In this document: positions 34,949-37,855 of the stretch, in pieces | Layout: the number at the start of each line of letters is the position of its first letter | Numbering within the stretch: position 1 is the first letter of the stretch | DNA from: an uncultured Pseudomonadota bacterium | Lineage (GTDB): Bacteria; UBA10199; GCA-002796325; CAYWXY01 | DNA length: 37,855 nt | Assembly: GCA_964462555.1 (NCBI GenBank) | Contig: CAYWXY010000005.1 | Span: 1-37,855, forward strand | Direction: 5' to 3' | The notes under the pieces: generated by a model | The model's input: the letters and a program-made list of their open reading frames with translations, nothing else | Database searches by the model: none | Told to the model about the DNA's origin: nothing | Translations under genes and position numbers: made by a program

Positions 34949-35581
34949 ATGGGTGTTCAGGACGTGTATTTAAAACAGATGTTGCTCGGTCAGATGATGA
35001 ACTACATCTACCTGGTGGGTGATCCAGCGACGAAGCAGGCTGCAGTGATCGATGCTGGGTGGGAGAGTCAGAAAATTCGGGATGCGGCATCGTCAGCGGG
35101 GTTTACGATTACGCATATTTTGCTTACGCATACCCATTTTGATCATGCGAATGATGTTCGTGTTTTGAGTGATCTTGTGGGTGCCAAGATTGTTGTTCAC
35201 GAGAGCGAAGCTCGGGCGCTTCAGGATATTCCAAATGTTGTGACGGTTAAGGATGGTGACCACGTTCAGGTTGGGAATCTCGATTTCGAGGTTTTGCATA
35301 CGCCAGGGCATACGCCGGGATCGATCTGTTTCAAGACGGGGGATCTTCTCTTTGCAGGGGACACCCTTTTTATAGGGGCCATTGGTCGAACCGATCTCGA
35401 GGGGGGCGACAGTGAGAAGATGTTTCAGTCTTTGGCGCGTCTTCGTGAGCTTCCAGATAAAACGATGGTCTATCCCGGTCACGAATATGGGCCGGCACCG
35501 GCGTCTACGATTGGTGAACAAAAGCAGAGCAATCCATATCTTCGATGCACGTCGGTTTCAGATTTTCTAAGGATAGCCTAG
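34949..35581 (+). CDS. MBL-fold metallo-hydrolase (glyoxalase II-like)
   Basis: Motifs THTHFDHAN, HTPGHTPG, GDTLF and YPGH. Start at ATG 34949 after GGAGGAGG. Confidence 0.9.
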   Translation: MGVQDVYLKQMLLGQMMNYIYLVGDPATKQAAVIDAGWESQKIRDAASSAGFTITHILLTHTHFDHANDVRVLSDLVGAKIVVHESEARALQDIPNVVTVKDGDHVQVGNLDFEVLHTPGHTPGSICFKTGDLLFAGDTLFIGAIGRTDLEGGDSEKMFQSLARLRELPDKTMVYPGHEYGPAPASTIGEQKQSNPYLRCTSVSDFLRIA

Positions 35582-35585
35582 CCGT

Positions 35586-35710
35586 AAATTCCAATGTCCA
35601 AATAACAAATCACAAACAAATTCCAATTTTCAAATGTTCAAAACTGCGAGGTTTTGGTTATTGTGATTTGTACATTGTTTGTAATTTGGAGCTTGTGATT
35701 TGTAATTTTG
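35586..35710. repeat. Heptamer-periodic imperfect inverted repeat element
   Basis: Left arm of ~7-nt AAAT(C/A/T)(A/C)C-like units, right arm of complementary (G)TGATTT/GTAATTT units. Lies between convergent genes. Confidence 0.75.
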
Positions 35711-35712
35711 GT

Positions 35713-36636
35713 TTAGCCGTTCAGGTATTTTTCGGCATTCATTCCAGTAATGATTCCCTGAGCGACAGAGATGGCGGGGTTTTGCAGTTCGCCCGAAAGG
35801 ACGTCGCCACAGGCGTAAACGCCCGGTTTCGACGTTGAAAAGTCTGAATTGACCGGGATTCGTTCGGTCTTTTCGTCGATGTCTATCAAGCCCTTGGCAA
35901 ACGCGGTACAAGGTTCCAGGTTATATGTATAGATGAAGGCGGAACGTGTTTTGATTTCGCGTTCGGAACCCGCGCTTAGAATGTTTAATGCGTGAAGCTC
36001 ACCGTCGCCGCTCAATTTTTTGATGCTGCTACTAAAGAGCATTTCCACCCTGCGGTTGGCCTCGAGTTCGTGAAAGATCTTTTCCGGGATGTCGAGTTTC
36101 GAACTCGGGATGATGAATGTGATCTTTTCCGAGAATTTGGAGAGATAGAGGGCGGCGTTGGCGGCCTCCTGGGACTTACCAATAATGGCCGCCGATTGAT
36201 GTTTCAGTGTTGGGGCGTCATTGTAGACCGAATAGTAAGCACCCCTGCCGACGAGATCTTGCTCGCCTGCCAGGAAGTGTTCGTCCTTGGAGACGCCTGA
36301 GGCAATAATAACGACAGGAGCTTCATAGCTTTCCCCGTTGTCACTGCAAACTTCATACGTTCGTTGTTCGGTTGCCTTGATTTCGGTTACCTTGAAATCG
36401 TGAAAGACGGCGCTGAATTGTTCGGCCTGTTTTTTGATCTGACCGATCAAATCTTTTCCCGAAATCTCTTCCGAAATACCTGGAAACTGGGGGATCCGCT
36501 TGACGCGCGCCCAGTAGCCGGGGTCATTGGGTTTGGTGAGAGAAATAACCTTAAAGCCGACTTGGGCCGCCTGAAGCGTGGCAGATGCACCCGAAAGTCC
36601 GGCGCCGATCACAATAATGTCACGTTGCTTTGTCAT
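35713..36636 (-). CDS. Thioredoxin reductase-like FAD oxidoreductase lacking the CxxC redox motif
   Basis: Motifs IIVIGAGLSGASA, VIIASG and TSKPGVYACGD. GRGAYYSVYND stands where TrxB has GRGVSxCxxCD. Confidence 0.8.
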   Translation of the reverse strand: MTKQRDIIVIGAGLSGASATLQAAQVGFKVISLTKPNDPGYWARVKRIPQFPGISEEISGKDLIGQIKKQAEQFSAVFHDFKVTEIKATEQRTYEVCSDNGESYEAPVVIIASGVSKDEHFLAGEQDLVGRGAYYSVYNDAPTLKHQSAAIIGKSQEAANAALYLSKFSEKITFIIPSSKLDIPEKIFHELEANRRVEMLFSSSIKKLSGDGELHALNILSAGSEREIKTRSAFIYTYNLEPCTAFAKGLIDIDEKTERIPVNSDFSTSKPGVYACGDVLSGELQNPAISVAQGIITGMNAEKYLNG

Positions 36637-36648
36637 AAGATGCTCCTA

Positions 36649-37233
36649 TTAAAGAAGTGAGAACTGGACGCTCTCTTCGTCTGCAGGATTTTTGACCTCC
36701 CAATCGACTGGTGCCCGTGATTTTCCCTGGTCGAATTTCGAGAGATAGAAAAGTTCTTTGTGTTTGGCACCATATTCGAAGACATCCTTTGTGATGCGGA
36801 CATCGTCGAGACAATATTTTTCGAGCTTATCCCATTCGCCGTTGCGATGATATTTGATGGCATCAAGGCCGTGGCCACTCTTTTGTGTTCCGAGCGTTGC
36901 CTGAGCGACACTGTTGAGGCTTACGCGGTGTCCCAGGACCTTGACCAGTTCATCCATTACATCGAGGACCGGGATATCCTTGGGGTCCATCTTGAGGTAG
37001 GGCTTGAGGACTGGGATATCAAAACGCTTGATGTTGAAGCCGACGAGGAGCGGTTTTTTCGTCAGAAGCTCTTCCAGTTCCGGGATCGCCTCTTCGCGGT
37101 AGATCCGATAGACGTCTTCCTGATAGAGGTAGGTCCCAATGACGGTAATCCCAAGCTTTTCGGGTTTTCGCCCCTCAACCTCGTCAAAGGTATGTTTGGT
37201 TTCCAGGTCTAAAACGATGATATTTGGTTTCAT
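36649..37233 (-). CDS. RNase H-like (DEDD, YprB-like) exonuclease domain protein
   Basis: Motifs VLDLET, VGFNIKRFD, SLNSVAQATLG and YCLDDVRIT. Confidence 0.8.
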   Translation of the reverse strand: MKPNIIVLDLETKHTFDEVEGRKPEKLGITVIGTYLYQEDVYRIYREEAIPELEELLTKKPLLVGFNIKRFDIPVLKPYLKMDPKDIPVLDVMDELVKVLGHRVSLNSVAQATLGTQKSGHGLDAIKYHRNGEWDKLEKYCLDDVRITKDVFEYGAKHKELFYLSKFDQGKSRAPVDWEVKNPADEESVQFSLL

Positions 37234-37295
37234 AATCCTCGATTCCTAGCACCAAGGTGCCCCCCTTTGCAATCTCTTATTTAGACGTAAGATGG

Positions 37296-37396
37296 CGTCA
37301 TCCTCCGGCGTCGACCGGAGGATCCAGGATGAATATGTGAGATCCCCGCCTTTCGGCCAAAGGCTGATCAGTCCTTCGGCTGACGCGGGAATGACG
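37296..37396. repeat. Composite REP-like palindromic element
   Basis: CGTCAT...ATGACG ends. Internal hairpins TCCTCCGG/CCGGAGGA and ATCCCCGC...GCGGGAAT. Confidence 0.7.
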
Positions 37397-37455
37397 AATC
37401 TTTTTGGCTGTCTTTGTTTCTTGTGGTAGCTTATTCCCGTGCGGAAGGAGGGGAG

Positions 37456-37855
37456 ATGCTCAACCGACTCTTTAAACTCAGTGAAAATAAGACAACCGTT
37501 GGGACCGAGGTGATGGCGGGGAGTACGACGTTCATGACGATGGCTTACATCATCTTTGTTCAGCCGCAGGTCCTCAGTGCAGCGGGGATGGATATTGGCT
37601 CGGTCATGATGGCGACCTGTATTGCGTCGGCGGTTGGTTGTGTCCTGATGGGACTTTTGGCAAACTATCCGATCGGTTTGGCTCCTGGGATGGGCGAGAA
37701 TTTCTTCTTTGCATATACAATCGTTGTGGCGATGGGTGTTCCCTGGGAAAAGGCCCTCGGAATGGTCTTCTTGTCGGGTGCGTTATTCGCGATCCTGTCG
37801 ATCTTTAAGGTTCGCCAGATGGTGATCAATGCGGTTCCGAATGGACTGAAGCAGG
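37456..37855 (+). CDS. NCS2/AzgA-family purine permease (truncated by window end)
   Basis: Hand translation MLNRLFKLSENKTTVGTEVMAGSTTFMTMAYIIFVQP...LAPGMGENFFF. AAGGAGG RBS. No stop before the window end. Confidence 0.9.
   Translation, partial: MLNRLFKLSENKTTVGTEVMAGSTTFMTMAYIIFVQPQVLSAAGMDIGSVMMATCIASAVGCVLMGLLANYPIGLAPGMGENFFFAYTIVVAMGVPWEKALGMVFLSGALFAILSIFKVRQMVINAVPNGLKQ

Noticed and set aside
35545-35911. ORFs 35545-35838 (+) and 35630-35911 (-)
   Set aside because: Products of the heptamer repeat and of overlap with real genes.
37234-37455. Purine riboswitch upstream of the AzgA-type permease
   Set aside because: The conserved purine aptamer core was not found. The structure present is a REP-like palindrome.
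1-37855. Remaining short ORFs in the six-frame track; prophage, IS, tRNA/rRNA or defence system
   Set aside because: The short ORFs are antisense or alternate-frame shadows of well-supported genes. No integrase, transposase, phage structural, RT, nuclease-defence or structural RNA signatures were recognised.

Overview
Chromosomal window from what looks like a deltaproteobacterium-like (Myxococcota/Bdellovibrionota/Desulfobacterota-type) organism. This is an inference from the sigma54 promoters, a Cys-TM-basic C-terminal sorting tail and hopanoid genes. Ordinary content: 3' end of an hpnE-like gene, a TPAT/TRAP transporter (tatT ... dctP-dctQ-dctM), DcaP-like porin, pcm-like gene, hpnO, subtilase, DUF4416, arylamine N-acetyltransferase, TIGR00725 protein, TPR lytic transglycosylase, PhoU-domain protein plus Na/Pi cotransporter, GctAB-like CoA-transferase, greA, MBL hydrolase, TrxB-like oxidoreductase, RNase H-like protein and the 5' end of an AzgA/NCS2 permease. 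No rRNA, tRNA, CRISPR array, transposase or integrase was seen. The most unusual signal is a recurrent intergenic motif, GCAAC(T/A)TT-N13-nnCGAnnn, whose downstream box resembles the sigma28 -10 element GCCGATAA. It precedes envelope-type proteins that lack any signal peptide: an HtrA-like protease and two tandem paralogous proteins made of a 4-Cys N-terminal domain, a helical region and a porin-like beta-barrel. One of these paralogs carries a 1-nt frameshift. A longer-spaced copy of the motif precedes a candidate ~80-nt small RNA. Both protein loci end in a lipoprotein gene. This suggests a Sec-independent exported or effector regulon. Other notable items: a stand-alone subtilase-propeptide protein upstream of its protease, an unannotated 48-aa sigma54-driven ORF, two likely pseudo-enzymes, a greA leader terminator and several distinct families of intergenic palindromic repeats.
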